64,000 nt of DNA from an uncultured Gemmatimonadales bacterium (GTDB lineage Bacteria; Gemmatimonadota; Gemmatimonadetes; Gemmatimonadales; GWC2-71-9), in contig CAWGSK010000015.1 in NCBI GenBank assembly GCA_963825055.1, forward strand, positions 1 through 64,000. Reading direction: 5' to 3'. Shown piece after piece: positions 1-12,300 of the stretch. The notes under the pieces are model-generated. The model worked only from the letters and a program-made list of their open reading frames with translations. It was not told the DNA's origin and did not search any database. The position numbers and the translations under genes were made by a program. Position 1 is the stretch's first letter, and each line of letters opens with the position of its first letter.

Positions 1-28
1 ACCACTCAACGACTCAACCACTCAACGA
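1..28. repeat. 8-bp tandem repeat (C/G)ACTCAAC, about 3 units; partner arm may lie outside the window
   Basis: Sequence reads ac cactcaac gactcaac cactcaac ga; same unit as the arrays at 33957, 34933 and 56397. Confidence 0.85.
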
Positions 29-40
29 TTATCCTTCGGC

Positions 41-96
41 GACTCCCGACACCCGACTCCCGACTCCCGACTCCCGACTCCCGACCCCCGAGCCCC
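41..96. repeat. 7-bp tandem repeat GACTCCC, 8 units (3 degenerate)
   Basis: gactccc gacaccc (gactccc)x4 gaccccc gagcccc; ends 2 nt before the ATG at 99. Confidence 0.95.
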
Positions 97-98
97 CC

Positions 99-557
99 AT
101 GACCTACCTCCTCGCCCTCGCCCTCGGCATCATCGCCGGGCTCCGCAGCATGACCGCACCTGCCGCCGTCAGCTGGGCGGCGCACCTCGGGATCCTGAAT
201 CTGGAGGGGAGCTGGCTGGCGTTTCTCGGCCACCCCATCACCCCGTGGGTCCTGACCGCGCTGGCCCTCGGCGAACTCGTGGTCGACAAGCTGCCGAAGA
301 CGCCGAGCCGCACGATGGTCGGGCCGTTCGCGGGGCGGCTCCTGACCGGCGGTATCTCCGGCGCTGCGATCGGTGTCGCCGCCGGCAGCTGGATCGGGGG
401 CCTGGTGGCGGGACTGGTGGGCGCGGTGGTTGGGACATTCGGCGGGTACACTTTCCGCGCGCGGCTCGCCGCCGCGTTCCACAAGGATCTGCCGGCGGCC
501 CTGGTGGAGGACCTGATCGCGGTGGGTGGAGCGGTGCTGGTGGTGTTGATCGTATAG
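99..557 (+). CDS. Small integral membrane protein (DUF4126-like)
   Basis: 152 aa, hydrophobic and Gly/Ala-rich; motifs GLRSMTAPA, GELVVDKLPKTPSR, ALVED. Confidence 0.75.
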   Translation: MTYLLALALGIIAGLRSMTAPAAVSWAAHLGILNLEGSWLAFLGHPITPWVLTALALGELVVDKLPKTPSRTMVGPFAGRLLTGGISGAAIGVAAGSWIGGLVAGLVGAVVGTFGGYTFRARLAAAFHKDLPAALVEDLIAVGGAVLVVLIV

Positions 558-680
558 AGGGCGGACGAAGAGAGGGCGGACGATGACAGGGCGGACAGGG
601 CGGACAAGACGGTCGAGGCGGTCATGCTGATACCACCTCGACCTCTTGGCCGCTCGACAGCTGGACCTCTCGACCTCTCT
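558..680. repeat. Intergenic compound repeat: 9-bp GACAGGGCG-like array (558-629) then 8-bp ACCTCTCG-like array (633-680)
   Basis: gacagggcg gacagggcg gacaagacg gtcgaggcg, then acctcttg ... acctctcg acctctct; fills the gap between two convergent stop codons. Confidence 0.8.
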
Positions 681-681
681 T

Positions 682-1266
682 CTACTCCGCTGCGCTTGCC
701 GGCGCCTCGGCTGCCGGCGCCCAGGCCTCCTCGATGTCCTTCTGCGCCTGTCGCAGGATCTCGGCGACACGCTTGAGGGCCGGATCGTCCGGGCCCTTCC
801 GCCACGCCTTTTTGAACGTGGTGGCCGCCAGCTTCGCAAAGGCCGACTGGACCTCGCCGATGCCGCCGCCGGTGAATTCGCGGACGGTCTCGCGAACCCG
901 GTCCAGGATCTCCTCGAGGACGTCCTTGTGCTCGTCGAGGTATTTCTCGCCTTCGGGCGTGACGTGGTACACCTTCTTTCCGTCCTGCTCCTCGACCCGG
1001 ACCAGACCCTCGTCCTCCAGCATCTGCAGGGTGGGGTAGACGGTGCCGGCGGACGGGGTGTAGCAGCCGCCCATCCGCTCTTCCATCGCCTTCATGACGT
1101 CATAGCCGTGGCTGGGCTTGTCCCGGAGCAGGCGGAGAATCACGAACTTCATCTCGCCGGACTCGAACATGGGGCGCCGCCGTCCGCGTGGCGGCCGCGC
1201 CCAGCCCCGCCAACCCTTGCCGAAGGGGAATCCGCCCGGGAATCCCCAGTCATTCTTCTCATTCAT
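682..1266 (-). CDS. PadR-family transcriptional regulator (YqjI-like subtype)
   Basis: ILRLLRDKPSHGYDVMK...PSAGTVYPTLQMLEDEGLV...KKVYHVTPEG is the PadR winged-HTH signature. Confidence 0.93.
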   Translation of the reverse strand: MNEKNDWGFPGGFPFGKGWRGWARPPRGRRRPMFESGEMKFVILRLLRDKPSHGYDVMKAMEERMGGCYTPSAGTVYPTLQMLEDEGLVRVEEQDGKKVYHVTPEGEKYLDEHKDVLEEILDRVRETVREFTGGGIGEVQSAFAKLAATTFKKAWRKGPDDPALKRVAEILRQAQKDIEEAWAPAAEAPASAAE

Positions 1267-1282
1267 TGGTCGATCCTCACGT

Positions 1283-1322
1283 AATAGCGTAAGATATAAC
1301 TCACGATATATCTTACGCTATT
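1283..1322. promoter_or_regulatory. Perfect 16-bp inverted repeat, probable PadR autoregulatory operator
   Basis: AATAGCGTAAGATATA-actcacga-TATATCTTACGCTATT; AT-rich, 16 nt upstream of the padR start. Confidence 0.75.
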
Positions 1323-1333
1323 GCGTGTGAGAA

Positions 1334-1449
1334 TGGCAAGTGGCAAGTGGCAAGTGGCAAGTGGCAAGTGGCAAGTGGAGGGCAGTCGGCAATCGGCAGT
1401 CGGCAGACCGGCAGTCGGCACCGGCCCGTCCTCCTGTCCGCCCGTCCGC
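1334..1449. repeat. Compound tandem repeat: (TGGCAAG)x6, (GGCAGTC)-like x5, (CCGTCCGC)-like x3
   Basis: Direct reading of 1334-1375, 1381-1420 and 1426-1449. Confidence 0.95.
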
Positions 1450-1476
1450 CCTATCTTTCTCACCATTCGCTCCCCC

Positions 1477-3083
1477 GTGTCCATCCCAGCTCCTGGTCCT
1501 CAGCATCGGGCCCGGCGTCCTGCTGGCCCAGGTGCCCGGACGGGACAGTATCCTCATGTCGGGGCGGCATCCCTGGGCCCGGTGGACGGACATTTCCCGG
1601 CGGGCGGACGAGCGACGGTCGCTCTATGCCGAATCACCCGGCCCGTTGTGGCTCCGCGATGGTGCCTTGACCGGCACGGGCCGGCAGGCCCTGCAGCTTC
1701 TGCGTGAGGCGACCAGCCACGGGCTGGATCCCACCGACTATGACGCAGGACGGCTCGACAGCCTCTTCCGTACGGTCACCAGGATCCGCCCGACCAGGTC
1801 CGCGCGGACCTGCTCCTCACGATCGACCTGCTGCGCTTCCTCTCGGACCTGCATGACGGCCGACTGCATCCAGCGCAGGATCGCGCCTGCCGGATACGAA
1901 ACGGCCGGGTGGGACCTGCCGGCGCTCGTCCGCGACGCCATCGCCGGAGACTCGGTGGGCCGGCTCGATCGCGTGGCGGCACCCGCGTTTGCCCAGTATC
2001 GCCTGCTCCGGGACGCGCTCGCCCGCTACCGGCAAGCTGGCACGTGACAGCACCGTCCCGCTCCTTCCGCTCACCGCCACGCTCCGGCCCGGCGACCTGT
2101 ACGGCGACGACGCGATCCTGCGCCACATCCTGTACGTCCTGGGCGAACTCGGCCCCTGGGCCTTGACGCCAACCGGCCGCTACGACCAGGACCTGGCGGC
2201 GGCGGTGATGCAGTTCCAGACCCGCCACGGCCTGGAACCCGACGGTGTGCTGGGTCCGGCGACCCAGCGCGAACTGCGCGTGCCCATGACCCACCGGGTG
2301 CGGCAGATCGAGTACTCGATGGAGCGGCTGCGCTGGCTGCCGCCGCTGGCCGCACGCCGGCTGCTGGTGGTGAACATCCCCGCGTTCCAGCTCTTCGCGT
2401 TCGATTCGACCGGGGGAAGCGGCAGGCCGTCCCTGGAAATGCGGGTGATCGTGGGGCGGGCCCTCGATACCCGGACGCCCATTCTGTTCGAGAACCTGCG
2501 CTATGTGGAGTTCCGCCCCTACTGGAACGTGCCGCGAAGCATTGTGGTGAAGGAAATCCTCCCCACGCTCCGCCGCCGACCCGGATACCTCCGGGCGAAC
2601 AACATGGAAATCGTGGGGCCGCGGGACCAGGTCCTGGGCGACGAGCCTGACGCGCCGCTCTTCGAAGGACTGTCCTCGGGCGCGTACCGGATCCGCCAGC
2701 GTCCCGGCCCCGCCAATTCGCTCGGCCTGGTGAAGTTCGTGTTCCCGAACGCCGAGAGCGTGTACCTGCACGGGACGCCCTTCAACGCGCTGTTCAGCCA
2801 GGCCCGGCGCGACCTGAGCCACGGCTGCATCCGGTTGGAGGACCCCGCACTGCTGGCGGGATGGGTGCTGCGGGATACGCCGGGCTGGTCGCGCGACCGC
2901 ATCATGGCGGCCATCGGGGACAGCGTGACCTCCCGTGCCATGCTCCAGCGCCCCATGCCGGTCATCATCTTCTACACCACGGTCGTCGCGCATCCCGATG
3001 GTCTGATATTCTTCTATCCCGACATCTACCACCACGATGAGGAGATGGCGGAAGCGATGCGCGCCGGTCCGACTCTCCCCTGA
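1477..3083 (+). pseudogene. L,D-transpeptidase, YcbB/LdtD type (scaffold, PG-binding and YkuD domains), split by at least 3 frameshifts; pseudogene or assembly indels; start approximate
   Basis: HGLDPTDY is in ORF 1340-2047; ADLLLTIDLLRFLSDLHDGRL is in a second frame (~1790-1875); FQTRHGLEPDGVLG, VNIPAF and catalytic LHGTP...SHGCIR are in ORF 1989-3083. Confidence 0.8.
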
Positions 3084-3096
3084 CCACCCGTCCGCC

Positions 3097-3408
3097 TTAT
3101 TCCCGCCCGCCCGGCTCCGCCAGCCGCAGCGCCGTGGCCTGTCGGGTCACCGGGTCCAGGATCCGCTCGACCATGCCCAGCTTCTCCAGCTGCAGGGCCG
3201 CATGGCGCAGCATGAACCGCGTGACCGGCCACGTCCGCGGAATCTCCGCGATCGGGGCCTCACCGGCTTGCTCCAGCCAAGCCAGGATGTTCCGCCGGGC
3301 CACCGCCAGCAGGTCCGGCTGGCGCGGCCCGTCGCCGTCCGCGAGCGGGGGCGCCTCGATCGTGTAGTGAAATCCGCCGGACGCACGGGGAGATGCAGAT
3401 GCCCTCAT
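3097..3408 (-). CDS. Hypothetical protein, possible winged-helix-like C-terminus
   Basis: 103-aa ORF co-oriented 16 nt downstream of the membrane protein gene; pattern ILAWL...IAEI...ALQLEKLGMVERI. Confidence 0.5.
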   Translation of the reverse strand: MRASASPRASGGFHYTIEAPPLADGDGPRQPDLLAVARRNILAWLEQAGEAPIAEIPRTWPVTRFMLRHAALQLEKLGMVERILDPVTRQATALRLAEPGGRE

Positions 3409-3424
3409 GAATGTCTTCTCCAGA

Positions 3425-4075
3425 TCAGATCAGTGGGGTGACGAGCGCGGTAACGATCAGCGCGCCGGCCCACACCAGGTCAATGTTGAACCACATCGTG
3501 CGCAGCATCCGCAGGCCGAGTTTCCGGTACACCACGGCGGCCACGATGCCGAGGACCAGCAGGTACCCCGCCGTATGGAGCCCCGTGGCGAGGAGGCCGG
3601 TCGAGCGTGTCGGGTCCAGTCCCGCCAGCATCACGTGGCCGCCATGGCCCCCGTGCGGGGCCGGCGACGACAATCCGAGGACGAACGGAAGGGCCATGAG
3701 CCCGGCGCCGTGCGCGGTCGCCATCAGGAACGACCAGACCGCGAGATTCCACGAATTCACCTGCATGCCGCCGTAGCGCGGGTGCCGATGGCGTACCAGG
3801 TGCCGCACGCCGAGCGTCAGGAGCAGCGCCGCCACGATCCACTTGAGCCAGGAGGGCGGGGTGACGAGCCCGACCAGGGCCGCAACCGCCACCACGGCGC
3901 CGACAGCCGCGGCGTGACCCAGCGCGAGGGGCAGCAGCGCCCGCCAGACGGCGCGGGCCCGCTGCTCCTGCAGGCCGAGGGCGACCGCGAACAGCCACCC
4001 CATGCCCGGGTTCACGCCATGGACCGCCCCGAGCAGGAACAGGGCGGCCCACGGCCAGAGCGTCAGGTCGCTCAC
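3425..4075 (-). CDS. His-rich polytopic membrane protein, possible metal transporter/chaperone
   Basis: About 6 hydrophobic segments; GAVHGVNPGMGW, LALGH, RHRHPR, ATAHGAG, HGGHGGH, GLHT; GTGA overlap with the upstream stop. Confidence 0.7.
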   Translation of the reverse strand: MSDLTLWPWAALFLLGAVHGVNPGMGWLFAVALGLQEQRARAVWRALLPLALGHAAAVGAVVAVAALVGLVTPPSWLKWIVAALLLTLGVRHLVRHRHPRYGGMQVNSWNLAVWSFLMATAHGAGLMALPFVLGLSSPAPHGGHGGHVMLAGLDPTRSTGLLATGLHTAGYLLVLGIVAAVVYRKLGLRMLRTMWFNIDLVWAGALIVTALVTPLI

Positions 4076-5478
4076 GAGTAGCAGAAGGAGTCGGACGAGG
4101 CATCCCCACCCTGGAGCCGCACCTGGTGGCTCCGCATGCCCGCGTCGAACTCGACGAAGAAGTCCTGGTCGAAGGCCATCCCGCCGCCCGGCTGCACATC
4201 GAGCTTCACCATCCAGCTCCGGATCCCGTCGGGATAGAACTGGTCATCCCAGGGGGAGTACAGCGAGTTGGTGAGGTACACGCGCTTGCCGTCCCGGCTG
4301 ATCTCCACCATCTGCGGGCCGCCGTTGAGCGACTGGTCAGGCCGGGAGGGATGCGCGGCGCGGCCCACCACGCCGCCGATCCGCACCGAGCCTGTCTTGA
4401 CCGGATTGAAGGGATCGGAGACGTCGTACTGCAGGAGCTCACCCGTGCCCCAGCAGGACACGTACAGGAACCGGTCGTCCAGCGACAGGTTGATGTCCGT
4501 CACCAGGGGCGGCACGGCCTTGAAGCCCTGCAGCATCGGCGGCAGGTCGGCGGGGTCCGCCGGCTCGGCGGGAATGTCGATGACCTTCTTGATCTTCCAC
4601 TTCCCGTTGCCGTTCTTCCCCTCGAGGTACCAGAGCCAGATGGACGCCGAGAGGTCCTCCAGCGACGTCACCACGCCAACGAATCCATACGCCCGGTTGG
4701 GGCTGTGGGCCGGCCGGAGTTCCAGGGTCATCTGGTACTGGGGGCCAAGGTCCAGCACTTCCTTGTGCTTGCGGGTCTTCAGGTCCCAGACGTGCAGGGC
4801 GTGGCCGTACTTGCCGCCCAGCAGCAGCTCGGGGTTGAGGCCCTCCGTCACCATGCTCGGCGTGCCCCACTCGCTGGTGATCATCGTGTCCTGGCCGAGA
4901 TGCCACCAGAAGTCGTAGGAGAGATACTGGGGCCCGCGGTCCGCCTCCCACCGTCCCTTCACCTCGAAGGTCTCGTGGTCGAGCATGAAGATCCCGCCGG
5001 GGCCCTCGCCGTCCGGCGCGCCCAGCGCGTTGACGTAGATGCCATCCGGGCCGCAGTGCGTGGTGTGCGGGGCGGAGTAGCCGGTCTTCTCGGCGAGGGT
5101 CTCGCCTTCGATGACCTTCACGATCTCGGGCTGCCGGGGATTCTTCTTGGTGTCCAGGATGTGGATCCGGGAGGAGTGGATCCCGGGCACCACGAGGTAC
5201 CGTCGCTCGGCGTGCGCGTGTGGCGCGTAGGGACAGAGGTGCGAGCTGCACGCGTTCCAGCCGAAGTGGTGCAGTTCGTCTCCCACGTTGGGCATGTCCA
5301 CCTGGCCCACCAGCTGGCCGTAGGTGGGCGACCCCGGCTTCACGTCCACGACGCCCATGGCGTCAGGCCGTTCCTTCGCGGGGTTGAGCAGGGCCACGTA
5401 GGCCAGGTCCTCCGTCGGCGCGTCCATCGCATGCCGCGGGGAGGGGTAGAACGTCGGGTCCGGCCGCCACTGTGCCAT
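4072..5478 (-). CDS. SBP56/SELENBP1-family protein (methanethiol oxidase-like)
   Basis: GDELHHFGWNACSS, HTTHC, YDFWW, SEWG, DINLSLDDRFLYVSCW, GGPQMVEISRDGKRVYLTNSLYSPWDDQFYP, GGDASSD. Confidence 0.93.
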   Translation of the reverse strand: MAQWRPDPTFYPSPRHAMDAPTEDLAYVALLNPAKERPDAMGVVDVKPGSPTYGQLVGQVDMPNVGDELHHFGWNACSSHLCPYAPHAHAERRYLVVPGIHSSRIHILDTKKNPRQPEIVKVIEGETLAEKTGYSAPHTTHCGPDGIYVNALGAPDGEGPGGIFMLDHETFEVKGRWEADRGPQYLSYDFWWHLGQDTMITSEWGTPSMVTEGLNPELLLGGKYGHALHVWDLKTRKHKEVLDLGPQYQMTLELRPAHSPNRAYGFVGVVTSLEDLSASIWLWYLEGKNGNGKWKIKKVIDIPAEPADPADLPPMLQGFKAVPPLVTDINLSLDDRFLYVSCWGTGELLQYDVSDPFNPVKTGSVRIGGVVGRAAHPSRPDQSLNGGPQMVEISRDGKRVYLTNSLYSPWDDQFYPDGIRSWMVKLDVQPGGGMAFDQDFFVEFDAGMRSHQVRLQGGDASSDSFCYS

Positions 5479-5658
5479 GGTCTGTTCTCCAGCATCGGGT
5501 ATCTGTCATCCGCCGGGGAGGCCCCGGGGTGGAGCCTCCTGCCCCATCCACCTGAGAGAGGCGCAGGAAGTCGCGGAATCGGCTCATCGGGATGCTGGCG
5601 GCCTGGCCCGGCGGCGGGTTATATAGGGATCAACCCGTTGCCCCGGCAGGACTTCCTC

Positions 5659-6209
5659 ATGGACCCGGACATCACCAGGGCGCTCGAGCAACTGAGCGAG
5701 GGCGACCAGACCGCCATGGCACACCTGCTCCCACAGGTGTATGCGCAGCTGCGGGCGATAGCACGACGTGAGCTGGCCCGCGAGCGACCGGACCACACCC
5801 TGACCCCCACCGCCCTGGTCCACGAGGCCTATCTCAAGCTGGTCCAGCTGGACCGGATGGACTGGCGGGGCCGGGCCCATTTCTTCGGGGCCTGCGCCCA
5901 GTCCATGCGCCGGCTGCTGATCAGCCACGCCCGCCGCCGGAATGCCGGGAAGCGGGGCGGGGCCGCCCGGGACATCACGATCGACAATGCCGTGGTGGCG
6001 ATGGAAACCCGACCTGCCGAACTGATCTCGCTCGACGAAGCGCTGACGCGACTCGAGGCGCTGAGCGAGCGCCAGGCGCGCATCGTGGAGTGCCGGTTCT
6101 TTGTGGGGATGGGGATCGAGGAAACCGCAGAGGCCCTTGGCATTTCCCCCGCGACGGTCAAACGGGAGTGGACCTCGGCGCGGGCCTGGCTCAACCGGGA
6201 GCTCCGGAC

Positions 6210-6213
<4 letters not shown>
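5659..6213 (+). CDS. ECF sigma factor, kinase-associated type
   Basis: Start MDPDIT at 5659; VYAQLRAIA, HTLTPTALVHEAYLKL, RAHFF, ARIVECRFF, ETAEALGISPATVKREW. Confidence 0.92.
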
Positions 6214-9260
<3,047 letters not shown>

Positions 9261-9360
9261 GGGCACCCACCAGAAGCCCGCCATCGCCTGGACGATCGAC
9301 TGGTGTTCGACGGTCACGTTGCCGTTCGAGCGATTCCAGCAGGGTCGGCCCGCGGGATGT

Positions 9361-12300
9361 CTATCTTGCCGGCTCGACGACCACTTCATGCGTGGTGCCG
9401 TCGTCCACCAGCGGAATCCCATCCTCGCCGGTTTCGACTCCGTCCAGGAGCACCCGCCCACCGGCGCTCGGGGCAGCACCCTGGCGCACGCTGATCACGT
9501 AGAGACTCCCGCCATGGCGATAGTGGATCGAATATCCGGGCCAGGTTTCGGGTACGCGCGGCTCCAGGAAGAGGCGATTGCCGCGCTTCCGGAACCCCAG
9601 GATCCCTTCGAGCCCCACCCGGTACATCCAGCTGGCTGACCCGGTATACCAGGTCCAGCCGCCGCGGCCGAGGTGCCCGGGCGCCGCGTAGACGTCGGCG
9701 GCCACGACGTAGGGCTCCACCTTGTAGGTCTCCGCAGCCTCGGGGGTGGTGGCGTGCGTGAGCGGGTTCAGCATCTGGAACAGCTCGAACGCGCGATCGC
9801 CCCGGCCCTGCAACGTCGTGGCGAGCACGGCCCATAACGCAGCGTGCGTGTACTGGGCTCCGTTTTCGCGCACGCCCGGCAGGTAGCCCCTGATGTAGCC
9901 GGGATCATGGGTGGTCTTGTCGAACGGTGGCGTCAGGAGGGGCAGCAGCCGGGCATCCTCACGGACGAGATACCGCTCCAGGCTGCGCATGGCCTGCTCC
10001 TGGCGCGCCGGGCTGCCTGCGCCCGAGATCACGCTCCAGGTCTGGGCGATCGAGTCAATGATGCATTCATCGCTCGTGCGTGATCCGAGGGGGGTGCCGT
10101 CATCAAACCAGGCGCGCCGGTACCACTCGCCGTCCCAGCCGTGGGCCTCGATCGCCGCCAGGTAATCGTCCGCGCGTCGCCGGAAGAGTGCTGCCGTCGT
10201 GGTGTCGTGTCGTTCGTCTGCCTGCTCCGCGAAGGATCGCAGGGTCCCGACGAGGAACCAGCCCAGCCAGACGCTTTCGCCCCGGCCCTCCACGCCGACG
10301 CGGTTCATCCCGTCGTTCCAGTCCCCGATGCCGATCAGGGGCAGCCCATGGGCGCCATCCGTGCAGGCCCGGCGCAGCGCCCGGAGACAGTGCTCGTAGA
10401 CCGAGCCTTCCTGACGGCTTACTTCCGGCAGATCATATACCTCGTGCTCGTCGGGCCGGAGCTCGCGCATGCGCAGAAAGGGGACGTTCTCGTCGAGCAC
10501 ACCACGATCGCCGGTGATCCGGACATAGTGGTCCACGACGTGGGGCAGCCAGACGAGGTCGTCGGAGAACCTGGTGCGCACTCCGCGGCCGCTCTGGGGA
10601 TGCCACCAGTGCTGGACATCGCCTTCGACGAACTGGCGGCCCGCGGCCCGGAGGATGTGCGCACGCGCGAGGCCGGGCTCGGCGTAGACGAACGCCGCGA
10701 CATCCTGCAACTGGTCGCGGAAACCGTAGGCCCCGCCGCTCTGGTAGAGGGCGGAACGCCCCCACATGCGACAGGAGAGGGCCTGGTACAGGAGCCAGCG
10801 GTTCGACATGACGTCGAACGCGGGTTCCGGCGTGTGCACGGTAATGATGGAGAGCCGGTCCTCCCATGCCGAGACGGCTGCCGTCAGTGCGTCCAGGGCC
10901 TGCCCCGCCGTCTGGTAGCGCGCCCGAAGTGCCTGGGCCGCGGTCCCGCTGGGCGCCGCCCCGAGCAGGATGGCGATGTCCCGGGTTTCCCCGGGCTCGA
11001 GCTCGAGCGTGCACCGGAGGGCCGCGCACGGATCGATGCCTGCCCCGCTGGCACCGTCGAGGCTTCCGCTGAACAGGGCGGCGGGGGCGGCGGCCGTGCC
11101 ATTGCGCCCGAGGAAGGCCTGTCGGCTTGCGGTGAACCCCTGCACCGGTTCCGAGATGGCGTGGAACGCCATCCACTCGGCGAACTGCGGGTCGAAGGTA
11201 TTCTGTGCGAAGATGGCCCCGCGGCCGCGGTCGAACTCCGTCCGCACCTGGTGCTGGGAATGTTCCCGCAACACGCCCAGGTTCCATTCCACGAAGGTGG
11301 TCAGGATGAGGCGACGGGGACGGCTCCCCGTGTTCGTGACGCGGAGGTGGGAGAGCTTGACGGGATCCTCTTCCGGCATGCCCACGGTGAGCACGGTCTC
11401 GATGCCTGCGTGGGTATGCTGGAAGGTGGACCGGCCCGGCCCGTGCTGGATGACGAAGGAACCATCCGAGGACACGGGTCCCGGGGTCGGACACCAGAGA
11501 TCATCCGATTCGTCATCCTCCAAGTAGATCACGTCGCTCACCGGGTCACTGACGGGATCGTTGTGCCACGGAGTGAGCCGGTAGAAAAAGCTGTTCTCCG
11601 CCCAGGTGAACCCACCTCCCCGTTCTGTGATGACAAAGCCGCCATTGGGGTTGGCGATCACATTGGCCCAGGGCGCGGGCGGCAGTGTGCCCTCCTCCAC
11701 CACCACGCGGTAATCACCGTTGTCGGTGAGTTCGCCGAAGCCGTTCCCCGACCGCGACGGGACACCCCCGCGCGGATCGGGAGGTTCGGCCCTCCCGTGT
11801 CGCGCCATGGGAGTGGTCAGCAGGGTGCCGAGCTTCCGGATGACGCGCCCGACCCGGGAGGCGCCCCGCTCCCGCTGGACCGGCGCGGGCCGCCCCTCCT
11901 CTCCGCTGGCAGCCAGGTCGTTCTCTTCCGGCGAAGGAGTCGTCTCCATGATCCGGCCAAGCTCGTGCCCATCGCAGCGGAGATGGAGTCGTGCGGTCGC
12001 CTGCACCATGAGCAGGTTCTGCGGCGTGAGCAGGTCGCGATGCCGCAGGAAGACACCGCCGGGTCGGTCGAAGGCGTCGGGGTCGGCAATGGCATATACC
12101 GCCGCGCGGACCCGGTCGACCAGGTCCTGGAGGTAGTCCGGGGGGTGCGCGACGAGGATGATCAGATCCACGGTCAAGCCGCGTCGCTGCCAGTAGCGGT
12201 GGGCCACCAGGAGCTGCCGCAGGGTGGGCAGCCCCTCCGCGTCCTGGATGGTGGCGAGCACGATCGGCCAGTTACCCGACGGGCCGACTTCCCAGAGCAT

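Noticed and set aside
1..96. Possible CRISPR array (also considered at 1334-1449 and 33900-34964)
   Set aside because: Units are 7-9 bp and contiguous, with no unique spacers and no cas genes.
6..839. 277-aa Arg-rich minus-strand ORF and similar overlapping ORFs
   Set aside because: Low-complexity shadow frames overlapping better-supported genes and repeat arrays.
1321..1476. ORFs starting MASGKWQVASGKWQ as a repeat protein
   Set aside because: These are translations of the TGGCAAG heptamer array, which give the same peptide in all three frames.
1989..2047. Programmed ribosomal frameshift in the L,D-transpeptidase
   Set aside because: No slippery heptamer is visible, and several scattered indels fit sequence error or decay better.
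4126..5658. N-terminal 511 aa of ORF 4126-6213 as a sigma-factor fusion
   Set aside because: Mostly antisense to the SBP56 gene; the sigma homology begins at ATG 5659.
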